A stretch of 64,000 bases of DNA from a virus. Its lineage: Duplodnaviria > Caudoviricetes. Within the stretch, counting starts at the first letter, position 1, and each line of letters starts with the position of its first letter. Location of the stretch: positions 4,179-68,178 of the IMG/VR virus record IMGVR_UViG_2822194890_000001, one strand, 5' to 3'. Positions 31,016 through 40,488 of the stretch are shown here, in pieces. The notes under the pieces were generated by a model. That model did not search any database. It worked only from the letters and a program-made list of their open reading frames with translations, and was not told the origin of the DNA. The position numbers and the translations under genes are program-made.

Positions 31016-32098
31016 TTAAATATAAATATGTGTGAAAAACACATTATCCCAAAAACGTTTATTAGAAATATCTAACTCAAATCCGTGCTCCTGTTGGAAT
31101 AAATCATACACTTCTTCTTGAGCTTCATGAGCTATGTAATGTCGTAATTCATTTAACTTAGCGTAAGCAGCAACCACAGTAGGTTCATTATAGTTTGGAA
31201 GGATGTGGTCATCGTCAATAATAATTATTTTATACATTTCTAGTTCTTTTATTTTAGTAAAGCTCGCATCATCTGGCCAAAAATTATAGCCTGTTTTGTG
31301 AATATCATTATAGTAAATCGCTGATACCGCTATATCGTCTAGTTGTTTCAAACAATCCCTTGTTTCATCTACCAAGTTATTAAAGTACTCCCATTGAGAT
31401 GAATAGGCCTTTTTGTGATCTGCTGCCGCTTTTTTGTCTGCTTCAGCTAATGCTTTTAATAACTCCTCTTTTTCTTTCTTTAAATTATTAATCTCTTTTA
31501 TCTGTTCACCATTCATATGAACTAAATCTTCAATATTCTGTTCTACTTGTGCGAATCGCTCTTTAGAAATAACACTTTCTTCTTCAAAGTAGCACTCTGT
31601 TTTTAAATATTTTATAAATTCACGCGCGCGAACATTTACTACTGCGCCATTTGAAGATTCAATAATATCTAGTTCTTTAAAATGTTCTACTAAATCGACA
31701 AGATTATCTGGTTCATTTAGAGTAATAGCCTGTACTACTCCTTTTAATGGGGTAGGATCTAATGATTCAAATGATGTTGGTGGAATAATAATAGGATAAA
31801 TTTCATTCCCTAATGCCCATGTCGCTCCAAGTTCAGCTAAACAAAATTTACTTTTAAAGAAATTAGGTGTTAAAAAGAAAACCGCTAACTTGGTTCCAGA
31901 AATATTATCTCTGATATCGGTAACAAAGTTAGTTCCTGGTCTAATTCTTTTCGTCCCTAGACCGGAAGTACAATAAATTTCTTCGCGATTTATACGCAGA
32001 CCTAATTCTAAAAAATCAACAAACTTTCCAACTAATTCACTATCTGCTGACGCATGACTAATAAATAAAGTATTATTGCTCACAAAATTTCCTCCCAA
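31016..32098 (-). CDS. TIR-domain protein with coiled coil and unknown C-terminal domain
   Basis: LFISHASAD, FFLTPNFFKSKFCLAELGA (catalytic-type Glu), IYPII; coiled coil at about aa 180-230. Confidence 0.85.
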   Translation of the reverse strand: MGGNFVSNNTLFISHASADSELVGKFVDFLELGLRINREEIYCTSGLGTKRIRPGTNFVTDIRDNISGTKLAVFFLTPNFFKSKFCLAELGATWALGNEIYPIIIPPTSFESLDPTPLKGVVQAITLNEPDNLVDLVEHFKELDIIESSNGAVVNVRAREFIKYLKTECYFEEESVISKERFAQVEQNIEDLVHMNGEQIKEINNLKKEKEELLKALAEADKKAAADHKKAYSSQWEYFNNLVDETRDCLKQLDDIAVSAIYYNDIHKTGYNFWPDDASFTKIKELEMYKIIIIDDDHILPNYNEPTVVAAYAKLNELRHYIAHEAQEEVYDLFQQEHGFELDISNKRFWDNVFFTHIYI

Positions 32099-32140
32099 AG
32101 CTATAATTGAAATTTATATTAAATAATGTATGTACATTAT

Positions 32141-32296
32141 TCAAGATGCTAACCAATCGTAAAATGGAACTTTCCCAGTGTATTCATGCTCCGAAAATAT
32201 ACGAGTAACCATACTTCTGCCAATCTTGTCCTCTTGTAATTGCTTCTTTGTATTTTCTTTTGTTTAACGGAGATCTACTTCAATTTTAAAATCCAT
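32141..32296 (-). pseudogene. Short degraded ORF between the ATPase and TIR genes
   Basis: MDFKIEVDLR*TKENT...FYDWLAS*: internal stop in a 52-codon frame. Confidence 0.35.
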
Positions 32297-32310
32297 ATTT
32301 TGTTCTTTTG

Positions 32311-33570
32311 TTAATAAAGATTTGCCCATCGTAGATAAAATATAAAAAATGGATCTACGATATATAATGCATCATCTTTAAAATCGATAGCTGGTTCTCC
32401 AACTAGTTCATCTTTAGCGATTTTATCCATTTGAGTTAGTACTCTTGTGATTTCGGATCTCTGGGGAACAGATTTATTTTCTAGTAATTCTTGAAGCTTT
32501 TTTCTTATGTCGTCAGGTGTAATAGGCTTTGTATTGTCTAGTTCTGTTAGCGTAGCCATTACTGCTTCGTAGATGTCGCCTTGTCTACCATTTTTGAAGT
32601 ATCTTTCTTTTCTATCTTTGCTGGTTGGACCACTGACCAATTTTTCAAAAACAACGTTGGATGTAGATGTTTCTACTATTTCTTCAAAGAAATCTTCATA
32701 ACTGCTAGGAGGATTTAAGTTTTCCATGGTTTCTTTACTTTCGTCAAAATCATTTTCAAGGCATAAATAGAAACAAAATTCTTGCATCAAATGCGGGCTT
32801 CTAAAGCTTTGTTCCGTAAATTCTTTTACCATTTCTTCAGGGTAATTAATATTTAAAGCTTTGAACCCTTTTTTTGCTATTTCTGATAACTCTTCTGTAC
32901 CCCAAGGTGTAACTCTAATTTGACTTACTCTTCCATTCATTTCTTGTTCTACTTTAATGGAATCATATTCTCTATGAGGAACAGAAATTAAAATTACTTT
33001 TAAACCATCAGAAACTGCATTTTTTAGAGATCTAATTATATCTTTTTGGATTGTTTGATCTATATAATGAAAATCATCTATTAATAGAGGGATGTTATTT
33101 TTTAGTAGAAAATCTATACATTGTACCCTTGAATCATAATTATAGCTTTTTACAGTTTTGGTTCCTTTTTTTACTGCGCCATCATTGTTTACAGTCCCCT
33201 GAACTTTAGCTATTTTAATACTTAGTGTTCCAGATACCTTTCCACCAACTGTTGTTGTTTCGTCCTCAGATTCTTCTTGAGTAGCAGTTAAGGGGATACT
33301 TAATTTATCTACTATTATTCTCCACAAATCATTTTCTTCTTTTATATGAGCTCCCATTATCCAGATACTATCTGTGGGGGGAATTATTTTTTTGCAAAGA
33401 ACAGATTTTCCAGATTTTGTTGGACCAGTTATGGATATAATTTTTCCTTGTGCCTTTAAAAATTTTTGTAGTCTTGATTCAATTTTCAAATTATCTCTTG
33501 CATAATATGTTATATTTGGTGTGCCTCCAGCTGTAAAAACTTCTCCAATTTTTATTCCCATAATTTCCAC
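32311..33570 (-). CDS. P-loop (AAA-like) ATPase with C-terminal winged-helix-like region
   Basis: Walker A GPTKSGKS, Walker B LLIDDFHY, ends LYIVDPFFIFYLRW. Confidence 0.75.
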   Translation of the reverse strand: MEIMGIKIGEVFTAGGTPNITYYARDNLKIESRLQKFLKAQGKIISITGPTKSGKSVLCKKIIPPTDSIWIMGAHIKEENDLWRIIVDKLSIPLTATQEESEDETTTVGGKVSGTLSIKIAKVQGTVNNDGAVKKGTKTVKSYNYDSRVQCIDFLLKNNIPLLIDDFHYIDQTIQKDIIRSLKNAVSDGLKVILISVPHREYDSIKVEQEMNGRVSQIRVTPWGTEELSEIAKKGFKALNINYPEEMVKEFTEQSFRSPHLMQEFCFYLCLENDFDESKETMENLNPPSSYEDFFEEIVETSTSNVVFEKLVSGPTSKDRKERYFKNGRQGDIYEAVMATLTELDNTKPITPDDIRKKLQELLENKSVPQRSEITRVLTQMDKIAKDELVGEPAIDFKDDALYIVDPFFIFYLRWANLY

Positions 33571-33768
33571 CTTGTTATGTAAAATAATTTATCAATGTTA
33601 TTATAGCATTATCTGAGTATATAGTTTAATGATACTTATTAGCTTAAGGGGCATACTGTTAAACGAGAAATAAAATCTATAGAAAAAGCAATTACCAGGT
33701 ATATAGAAAGCGCCCAGTGGGTGTTTTTTTATTTTCATATGTATCTCTGTAAAAATTTATTCCTTACT

Positions 33769-33883
33769 AAAAAAGACACCCAAAGGTGCCTTCCGACTTG
33801 AACCACTTTAATTTTAATAATATGTATTGACGCCAATCCAAATATTATTTTACCATGTTAAGTTATTTTACACATTGGGAAAT
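33769..33883 (-). repeat. Inter-cassette element copy 9 (near full length)
   Basis: AAAAGACACCCAAAGGTGCCTTCCGACTTGAACCACTTTAATTTTAATAATATGTATTGACGCCAATCCAAATATTATTTTACCATGTTAAG. Confidence 0.9.
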
Positions 33884-33901
33884 GTTGTTCAAATCTATAT
33901 T

Positions 33902-35047
33902 TTATTGAAATTTGTTTCTTATGTAAGAAGCGATATGATCATAACCACCATAGATAAATTTTTCGTTAATCCCCATAAAATCAAGTTCCTTAAGTATTTT
34001 TTCTTTATTGTTAATAACAATTATTTTATTAGGCCAAACTCTTTGAAGTGTTGTAACTGGGGTACTATATGTTTCTTCAATGTAATTTAAGTATGTTTGA
34101 TATATAAATAAACCTTGTTGGTTACGTCCGCGTTCAAAAGTTAATATAGGCGCATATTTAAAATTAGGCATTATAAGATCAAACCACCAAATTGTTGTGG
34201 TGAAACTTAGTATATGATTTAAAAATGATTGAAGGTAAGCGGTGTATAAAAAAACTTCAAATGAGACATCTTCTATTTGTCGATAATAACTTTTTAATTT
34301 CTTTTCGCTCTCTATAATACTTGAAGTATAATTATATATGTACAATTTATATTCTCCATTATTATATGGTTCAAGGTTTTGAGGGATAATATACTCAAAG
34401 GATTTGCTGAAATATTCGTGTTGCTCTTGTATTAAGTTATTAAAATAATTGTAAAATGCAAAAGGGTACTTAGATTCATACTTTAAGAATAATTTGTACA
34501 TGTCCATAAATATATCATCTTTATTAAAAGCAAATACTTCTAAGATGTTTTCATCTTCAAATTTAGTTAAAATATCTGTAATATCAACAAATTTATCTTC
34601 AAATGAATATACAAATCCCTTATCCTCATCAAATTGATCATTACTATCTTGCACATTTTTAAAATTTTGACAAGCAAAATATAATGCCACTAAAGGTGAA
34701 CTAGTTATATCAATAAGGTTTGTCGGAATTCCATGGTGTTGTGAGAAAGCCGAAAAATGCATTCGTTCGTCAGAAGATAACTTATACCACACTTCTCTTT
34801 TAAATTCTTTTTTCATACTAAGGAATGGAACTTCGGTATGGGGTTCTATTGTTGCTTCAAATCCTATATTAGACGCAACATCCCTTAAACCTGAAGATAT
34901 TGTATTGTGATAATTAGTTGGTTCACCTCTAAAATAATTACTTGAAAATTCCCCATTGGAGAATAATTGAATATAACTTGATAAATCTTCTACTACAATT
35001 TCCTCAGGCGTAGGAAGACCAGCTAGTTCACGTTTTGAATATCTCAT
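33902..35047 (-). CDS. FRG-domain protein
   Basis: YFRGE, FSQHHGIPTNLIDITSSPLVALYFAC, RGRNQQGLF, ILKELDFMGINEKFIY motifs. Confidence 0.9.
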   Translation of the reverse strand: MRYSKRELAGLPTPEEIVVEDLSSYIQLFSNGEFSSNYFRGEPTNYHNTISSGLRDVASNIGFEATIEPHTEVPFLSMKKEFKREVWYKLSSDERMHFSAFSQHHGIPTNLIDITSSPLVALYFACQNFKNVQDSNDQFDEDKGFVYSFEDKFVDITDILTKFEDENILEVFAFNKDDIFMDMYKLFLKYESKYPFAFYNYFNNLIQEQHEYFSKSFEYIIPQNLEPYNNGEYKLYIYNYTSSIIESEKKLKSYYRQIEDVSFEVFLYTAYLQSFLNHILSFTTTIWWFDLIMPNFKYAPILTFERGRNQQGLFIYQTYLNYIEETYSTPVTTLQRVWPNKIIVINNKEKILKELDFMGINEKFIYGGYDHIASYIRNKFQ

Positions 35048-35187
35048 AATAACCTCCTAATTTAAAATAATAAAAGCACTCTTTCGAGTGCTGCTTACTT
35101 CACTACCTTATCCATAACTTCTTTATATTTATTAAACTCTTCATCTTTCATATCGCCATTCATCTGTAAAAGGAAATTCCCCTTTTA

Positions 35188-35493
35188 TTATAAATGACTT
35201 TCTATTAATTTCTTAGCTTCTTCTATACCCTTCATTTGTTTCTTCGTGAAAAAAACGGCATTTTCTTCTCTTGTTACTTCTAGTTTAGTTCTTTTGGTAC
35301 CGGATTTACTAATCAATTCAAAACGAAGATAACCATTAGTTAATAATTTGGGTTTCTCAAATTCTATCTTCTTAATATCTTCGTAGTAAATTTCCATGAT
35401 TCTTTTGGTAATACCTAACACTTTGGAAGGTTTAATAGTAATTTTCTCATCATCGATAATCAAAACGCCGTTATAAGCCCTGAATTCTCTCAT
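35188..35493 (-). CDS. Small PH-like domain protein (DUF4429-like)
   Basis: IYYEDIKKIEFEKPKLLTNGYLRF...ENAVFF pattern. Confidence 0.6.
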   Translation of the reverse strand: MREFRAYNGVLIIDDEKITIKPSKVLGITKRIMEIYYEDIKKIEFEKPKLLTNGYLRFELISKSGTKRTKLEVTREENAVFFTKKQMKGIEEAKKLIESHL

Positions 35494-35833
35494 CTTTATA
35501 TCCCCTAAAAATAATATTTATAGAAAGCATAACAAATTCAGTTACAACTATTTTGTCATATTTTGTCGAACAAGAATAAAAAAAAGGGTCCGCAACCCTC
35601 AATGGGAAAATGATAAGAATTTAACAATCGACATTGGAGAAATTCCTCTCTGTTGTACAAATATTGAATAATGTTTTCTATCAGATTTATAGGGGCGATA
35701 TGATTTTACTGTGGGAAGGAATGCGTTTTAAAATGTGTACCTTTTGTTGTATTGTGTTTTTTGAATTCGCCTTTATCAAAAGAAGTTAATATTGACTGTT
35801 GACCAAATAATAAATATCTGGTATATTATCAAT

Positions 35834-35892
35834 ACACGAACTTACCACGCTTCTCCATCAAATGGCAGCGGACCAGGTGAGTCTTTTTTTTT
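35834..35892 (+). ncRNA. Short structured RNA upstream of the Abi gene (candidate RNA antitoxin or attenuator)
   Basis: Promoter TTGACC-17-TATATT (35799-35827); nested stems ACTTACC/GGTGAGT, CGCT/AGCG, CCAT/ATGG, then T9. Confidence 0.6.
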
Positions 35893-35904
35893 GCCAAAAA
35901 GGTT

Positions 35905-36933
35905 GTGATTATAGTGTTTTTATTCGAACAGATAGAACAAGTGATGAAAGCAACAAATAGTCAAAAGAAAGAAAAGTACATATTTAATCGTTCTTCTGAA
36001 GAACATCCAATGAATGAATTTCAAACCGTTGGGCAAATCATTGAAGAACTTTCATTGAAAGTTGATTATCCGCTGACATTTTCAGATGCTGAAAAAGATA
36101 TGGCGAAAAATTTTTTTGTGGTACATAATTACTATAGTTTTCAAATTTACAGAAAATATCTACCTAGGATTGAAGGTAAAGAATACAGTTTTACAGACTG
36201 TTTGACTTTATATTACTTCAATGAATTTTTACGTGAGGAAATTAATAAGTTCACAGGTGTTGTGGAATTATTATTCCGATCTACGCTAGTTACACACCTT
36301 TGTGATTATTACGATGGTGATTTCCATAAGGGTGAATTTTATTTAGATAAATCTATATACGCTAAAGATTCCGCGGGGCACGAACTTCTTATGGCTTTTA
36401 GCAGACGGATTAAAGAGAGTAAGTCTGATGCGGTGATACATCATATGCGTACAAAAAATAGAGCTATTCCATTTTGGTTGCTTGTTGAAGAGGCTACTTT
36501 TGGTGAATTGTTTCATTTTATCAGCCAATTAAAAGATGAATATCGTGAACATTGGATTGCTCAAGCATTCGGAAGACAATACAGAAATTTTATATTAGGT
36601 TGGATCAAAGCAGTAAATATTATGCGTAATACATGTGCACATTACGGTAGAATTTATGCTCGGTATTTCAGTGCAGCGCCTCCTAAATTACTTATAGAAG
36701 ACAAGATAAAGGCTGGTATAAGAAAGGGCGGTGACAATAGCAATAAGACGCTTTTTGCTCAATTGCTCACCCTAAAGAATCTTATAGTCTATAACTCTTT
36801 TTATCATGATGACTGGAATACATTTATTTCATCGTTAAATCGATATATTATTACTAACCAGGAAGTTATAAAATCGGATAGAATGGGATTTCCTGTTAAT
36901 TGGGAAGAGTGCTTATTAATTGTCAAAGAGTAA
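35905..36933 (+). CDS. Abi family (AbiD/AbiF, Abi_2) HEPN protein
   Basis: NYYSF..Y, LYYFNEFLR, IPFWLLVEEATFGEL, MRNTCAH (Rx4H) motifs; true start may be further downstream. Confidence 0.85.
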   Translation: MIIVFLFEQIEQVMKATNSQKKEKYIFNRSSEEHPMNEFQTVGQIIEELSLKVDYPLTFSDAEKDMAKNFFVVHNYYSFQIYRKYLPRIEGKEYSFTDCLTLYYFNEFLREEINKFTGVVELLFRSTLVTHLCDYYDGDFHKGEFYLDKSIYAKDSAGHELLMAFSRRIKESKSDAVIHHMRTKNRAIPFWLLVEEATFGELFHFISQLKDEYREHWIAQAFGRQYRNFILGWIKAVNIMRNTCAHYGRIYARYFSAAPPKLLIEDKIKAGIRKGGDNSNKTLFAQLLTLKNLIVYNSFYHDDWNTFISSLNRYIITNQEVIKSDRMGFPVNWEECLLIVKE

Positions 36934-37463
36934 AAAATGAGCTAAAGTTTGATTTCTCTGATCTATAAGGTAGAAGGATATCTCTTCTACCTTTTTTGTT
37001 TGCTTACTTTACACCGATAATTCCATTAAAATTGATGATCTTTGTAATTCGTTGAATAGTAACATGTGATGTAAAAAAAGGGGCTTCTCAAATCGAGTAG
37101 CCCCTTCTTATTAACCTGCAAAAACGGTTCCTATTTTACTTGAATTCAACATAATATTTTGTGTCGATAAACCCAAAAGCAACTTTACATGGGAATGGAT
37201 TTCTCCCTGCTGAAGCGGAATTTATACTTATATCGTTATAAATAACTGTTCCCGCTGTATTCTTTCTTATCTGATTCCCTTGCATTTTATACACTCTTCT
37301 ATGGTGGCCTGCCAACTAAATGACATAAAACCCACGTTAAGACATTTTTTGGAGTGAAAATCTTGATATGAAGGGAATAATTTTCCTTAGTGTGGATTTT
37401 ATGTTAGTACGCGGATTGTACATTTTGATTTTGCATATAAGGAATGTTTTAGTCTTTATTTTT

Positions 37464-38078
37464 TCAAAATTGTTTAGATTTTTCTCTTTTTTCATAATCA
37501 GAATTTCCAGTACCATACTTTTTCATGAAGTCTTTGAAAGATAATATTTCTTTTACTGTTTCTTTGTTCATTGGTGCAACAACTTCTTTCTCATCATAGC
37601 CCCTACTTCTAAAAGAGGAAATATCAACTGCCTTATTAGAAGAAATCACTATAACAAACCCTCTGCGTCCCTTTCCACCAAAATAATTTGATCCAATAAC
37701 ATCTATACATTTTGTAAATGATACCCAATGATTATCAAAACGAATAGCCTCAACATTATTCTCGTCTAGCCATTCCGTATATTTATACTCATACACCTTA
37801 TTTTGATCTTCTCCTCGATCATCATAATCATCATAATCTGGCTCATCATTTCCACCAATATGAACTCTGAATAGCAAAGTATTTGGCTGAACAATTAAAG
37901 ACTGAGCTTCTAAATCATCTTTGTTATTTTGCAAATCTATAAACGTTTTATACCACATTTCATCAGAGGTAACTAATTTATCTCTTCTCCTAATGCTCAT
38001 ATCATGATTAGCCCATTTTGAAATTTTTACCGATAAATCGTCTATATCTATAGCTTTCTTATTTTCCATATTACCCAC
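37464..38078 (-). CDS. Hypothetical protein with ADP-ribosyltransferase-like R-S-E signature
   Basis: LLFRVH (R), WVSFTK (S-x-T), DEKEVV (ExE) in canonical order. Confidence 0.45.
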   Translation of the reverse strand: MGNMENKKAIDIDDLSVKISKWANHDMSIRRRDKLVTSDEMWYKTFIDLQNNKDDLEAQSLIVQPNTLLFRVHIGGNDEPDYDDYDDRGEDQNKVYEYKYTEWLDENNVEAIRFDNHWVSFTKCIDVIGSNYFGGKGRRGFVIVISSNKAVDISSFRSRGYDEKEVVAPMNKETVKEILSFKDFMKKYGTGNSDYEKREKSKQF

Positions 38079-38203
38079 CCTCTTTATGTTGCATATGTAC
38101 CTTTAGTTTACAGTGAAACCATTACTATAGTGAAATTTTTGTGATTATTAACGAATTTATACACTCCTTTATAATAATTCAAACTTAATCACTTAAATCC
38201 ATT

Positions 38204-38410
38204 CTATTTTACGTCTATTATATTAGGAAATTGTAGTGTCATCTTATTATAAAAAGCGTCCGTATATATGATAGCGCTTTTTGACGGATCAATACAAACA
38301 ACAGTCATATAGCGAGAGAGTAATAACCATCTTCATAATACGTAATTAGTATTTCTTCTTCAGGTAATAAAGAACATAACAGCATGTTCTAGATCAGTTT
38401 TTTTCTTCAG
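38204..38410 (-). pseudogene. yolD: yolD remnant
   Basis: Translates as NMLLCSLLPEEEILITYYEDG..YMTVVCIDP..TDAFYNKMTL..IDVK with a stop and frameshifts; aligns to the intact gene at 11716-12057. Confidence 0.8.
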
Positions 38411-38694
38411 TGGCTAAGATCGGCCACTTTACTCTATACATTTCTTAATTATTTCAATTGTATCCAAAATTATGAGTGAAAAAAGAGAGCCGTAGCTCTC
38501 ATCGTTAATACGGTAAAACATGCATAAGAGTACTTCATACAGAAAGATGCACTATTGCATATCCTTATCCGTAAGCGTGAAAAAGCGTTGATATAAGACT
38601 ATTTTCAAACTTTCTCAACATTTTTCTGATAACCACACGACTGAATTTTGGCAAAAATATGATATTATGAAAATAATAAAATAAACGGACGTAA

Positions 38695-38783
38695 AAAAGA
38701 CTCACAGCGTGTATAAGTAGTGCGCTAACACTCTTAAACCGCTTTCCCTAAACCACCTAGGGAAAACACTTACTGCAAGTCTT
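38695..38783 (-). ncRNA. Putative cis-antisense RNA in the aimR leader
   Basis: TGTTATAAT extended -10 (about 38798-38790); hairpin TTTCCCTA-GGTGGTT-TAGGGAAA; 5' and 3' ends pair; T6 tail. Confidence 0.4.
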
Positions 38784-38887
38784 ACATAAATTATAACACA
38801 TCTTTAGAATGTAGTGACGCGTTTTCCACTAAATGTAACAAGTTGGGTATAACGTGTCTTTTGTTCCGAATAAAGGGGAGCAAAGTA

Positions 38888-40015
38888 ATGCAAAGTGTTT
38901 TGAATAAAATAAACGATGATCTGTATGCGCAAAAAATAAGTAACAGACAGCTTTCTGCAATACTAGATGTAAGTCATACAACTACTAATGCTATGCTATC
39001 AAACAAGAGGGAGTTTGATTTTGTTCATTTTGTTAGGGTATTACAAATGCTATACCCTAATGATGTTAATTTGCGAAGAGAATATTTAAGAGGATTTATA
39101 AAAAAAATATCTCCTAAAAATATAAGATTAGGAATGGAGTTTTTAAATTTATATGGAGAACTTGAGTTGCAAAATATTTTAGTTGAAAAGTCTGTTCAAT
39201 CTTCAAACAGAGTAAATAGACAATTAGCTGAAGTATACGAGTTATTGCTCCGCAGAAGTGACGAAACAATCACACGGAAAGATTTTCACCAAGAAGTTGA
39301 GAAAAAGCGAAAAGAAAAGAAAATTACCAGTAATGAACTGCGTATAGTCTCTGATTTCGCGCTAATTTATTCATTCTTGGACTATAAAAATTATCAAATG
39401 GTATTAAAATATACAAAAGAATTAAGAACTTATATTGATGAGATTAAGAATAAGTCGTTATCTCACTCTTTCTTGATAAGAGCGAAAGAGATGGAAGCAA
39501 CCACCCACCATCGAACTAATAATATAGAAGATGCTCGCATGTTATGCCAAGAGATAATTAATGATAAAGAGAATATCTACATTGGTACAACAGCTAATGC
39601 TTATTGTATTTTGGCAGAAACGTATTCTTTTACAGATTTCAAAACAGCCAAAAAGCTCTTAGAAAGAGGTATTAGCTTAATCCTTAATCCGACGAATAAG
39701 AAACTAGTAATCAGAAAAGCTGTTCTAGAAAACACTCTTGATTTCTTACGTTTACATTGGGGAGAAGAGTTAGATTTTGTGAAGCCTCATCATGCAGCAG
39801 AATTAGCTTTTCTACACATTAAAAGCAACCGTAAAAGCGAAGCGATTGCGATTTTGGATAAAATTAAAAGAGAAAACGGTTCATTGTCAGCTATGCAAGA
39901 ATACTATATGGGATTGGCTACGGGTAATAAAAAATACTTTGAAACCTCTATAGAAAAATTTGAAAAAACAGGGGATTTTTTCTATATCTCACTACCTAAA
40001 TATGCCTTGAAATGA
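38888..40015 (+). CDS. aimR: AimR-family arbitrium peptide receptor (HTH plus TPR)
   Basis: About 375 aa; N-terminal HTH, helical TPR-like repeats, C-terminal YYMGLATG..YFE.S..KFEKTGDFFY; followed by a secreted pro-peptide and the repressor. Start ATG 38888 after GGGGAG. Confidence 0.85.
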   Translation: MQSVLNKINDDLYAQKISNRQLSAILDVSHTTTNAMLSNKREFDFVHFVRVLQMLYPNDVNLRREYLRGFIKKISPKNIRLGMEFLNLYGELELQNILVEKSVQSSNRVNRQLAEVYELLLRRSDETITRKDFHQEVEKKRKEKKITSNELRIVSDFALIYSFLDYKNYQMVLKYTKELRTYIDEIKNKSLSHSFLIRAKEMEATTHHRTNNIEDARMLCQEIINDKENIYIGTTANAYCILAETYSFTDFKTAKKLLERGISLILNPTNKKLVIRKAVLENTLDFLRLHWGEELDFVKPHHAAELAFLHIKSNRKSEAIAILDKIKRENGSLSAMQEYYMGLATGNKKYFETSIEKFEKTGDFFYISLPKYALK

Positions 40016-40049
40016 TATAATGGATACATACATAAAGGTGGTGGAATGA

Positions 40050-40202
40050 TTGAAATCAAAGATCATTAAATCGATTTTAGCGACAGCCGCTGTAGTTTGT
40101 TTTTCGTTTACAGCAGTAAAAACAGAAGATACACAACAGGTTGCAAAAGTAGAACAGCCTGTACTATATATGCAAGTTGATCCTGGTGGCGCCGGGGGTT
40201 AA
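40050..40202 (+). CDS. aimP: AimP arbitrium pro-peptide (50 aa; not in ORF track)
   Basis: MKSKIIKSILATAAVVCFSFTAVKTEDTQQVAKVEQPVLYMQVDPGGAGG; signal peptide and Gly-rich C-terminus; RBS AAAGGTGG; TGATATAAT promoter at 40013-40021. Confidence 0.85.
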   Translation: MKSKIIKSILATAAVVCFSFTAVKTEDTQQVAKVEQPVLYMQVDPGGAGG

Positions 40203-40217
40203 TTAAATAGATATTTT

Positions 40218-40256
40218 GAATGACACTATCATAACGATAGTGTCATTCGTGCTTTT
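40218..40256 (+). terminator. Hairpin after aimP
   Basis: 13-bp perfect stem GAATGACACTATC-ATAAC-GATAGTGTCATTC. Confidence 0.75.
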
Positions 40257-40350
40257 AGGGAGTGGAACGCTTTTTAACAAATGCGAAAAATCGTTCCGAA
40301 TGTGAATTTTGCACAAACTACTTTAAAGAGAAAAGGATGGGGTATATAAA

Positions 40351-40488
40351 ATGGATGATTGCAAACAAGGCATACAATCATTAATTGATAAGGCTAAAAA
40401 TGGGGATAAACAAGCGGCTTTAATTTTAAAGGAAATCGACACACTTTTAAATGAATGCGAATTGACTATGACAAAGAAAAAAGGATGA
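40351..40488 (+). CDS. 45-aa ORF in aimX position, convergent with the repressor (not in ORF track)
   Basis: MDDCKQGIQSLIDKAKNGDKQAALILKEIDTLLNECELTMTKKKG with AAAGGATGG RBS. Confidence 0.55.
   Translation: MDDCKQGIQSLIDKAKNGDKQAALILKEIDTLLNECELTMTKKKG

Noticed and set aside
38372-38390. GAAC...GTTC as an SOS box near aimR
   Set aside because: The spacer is far longer than 4 nt and the sequence is part of the yolD remnant.
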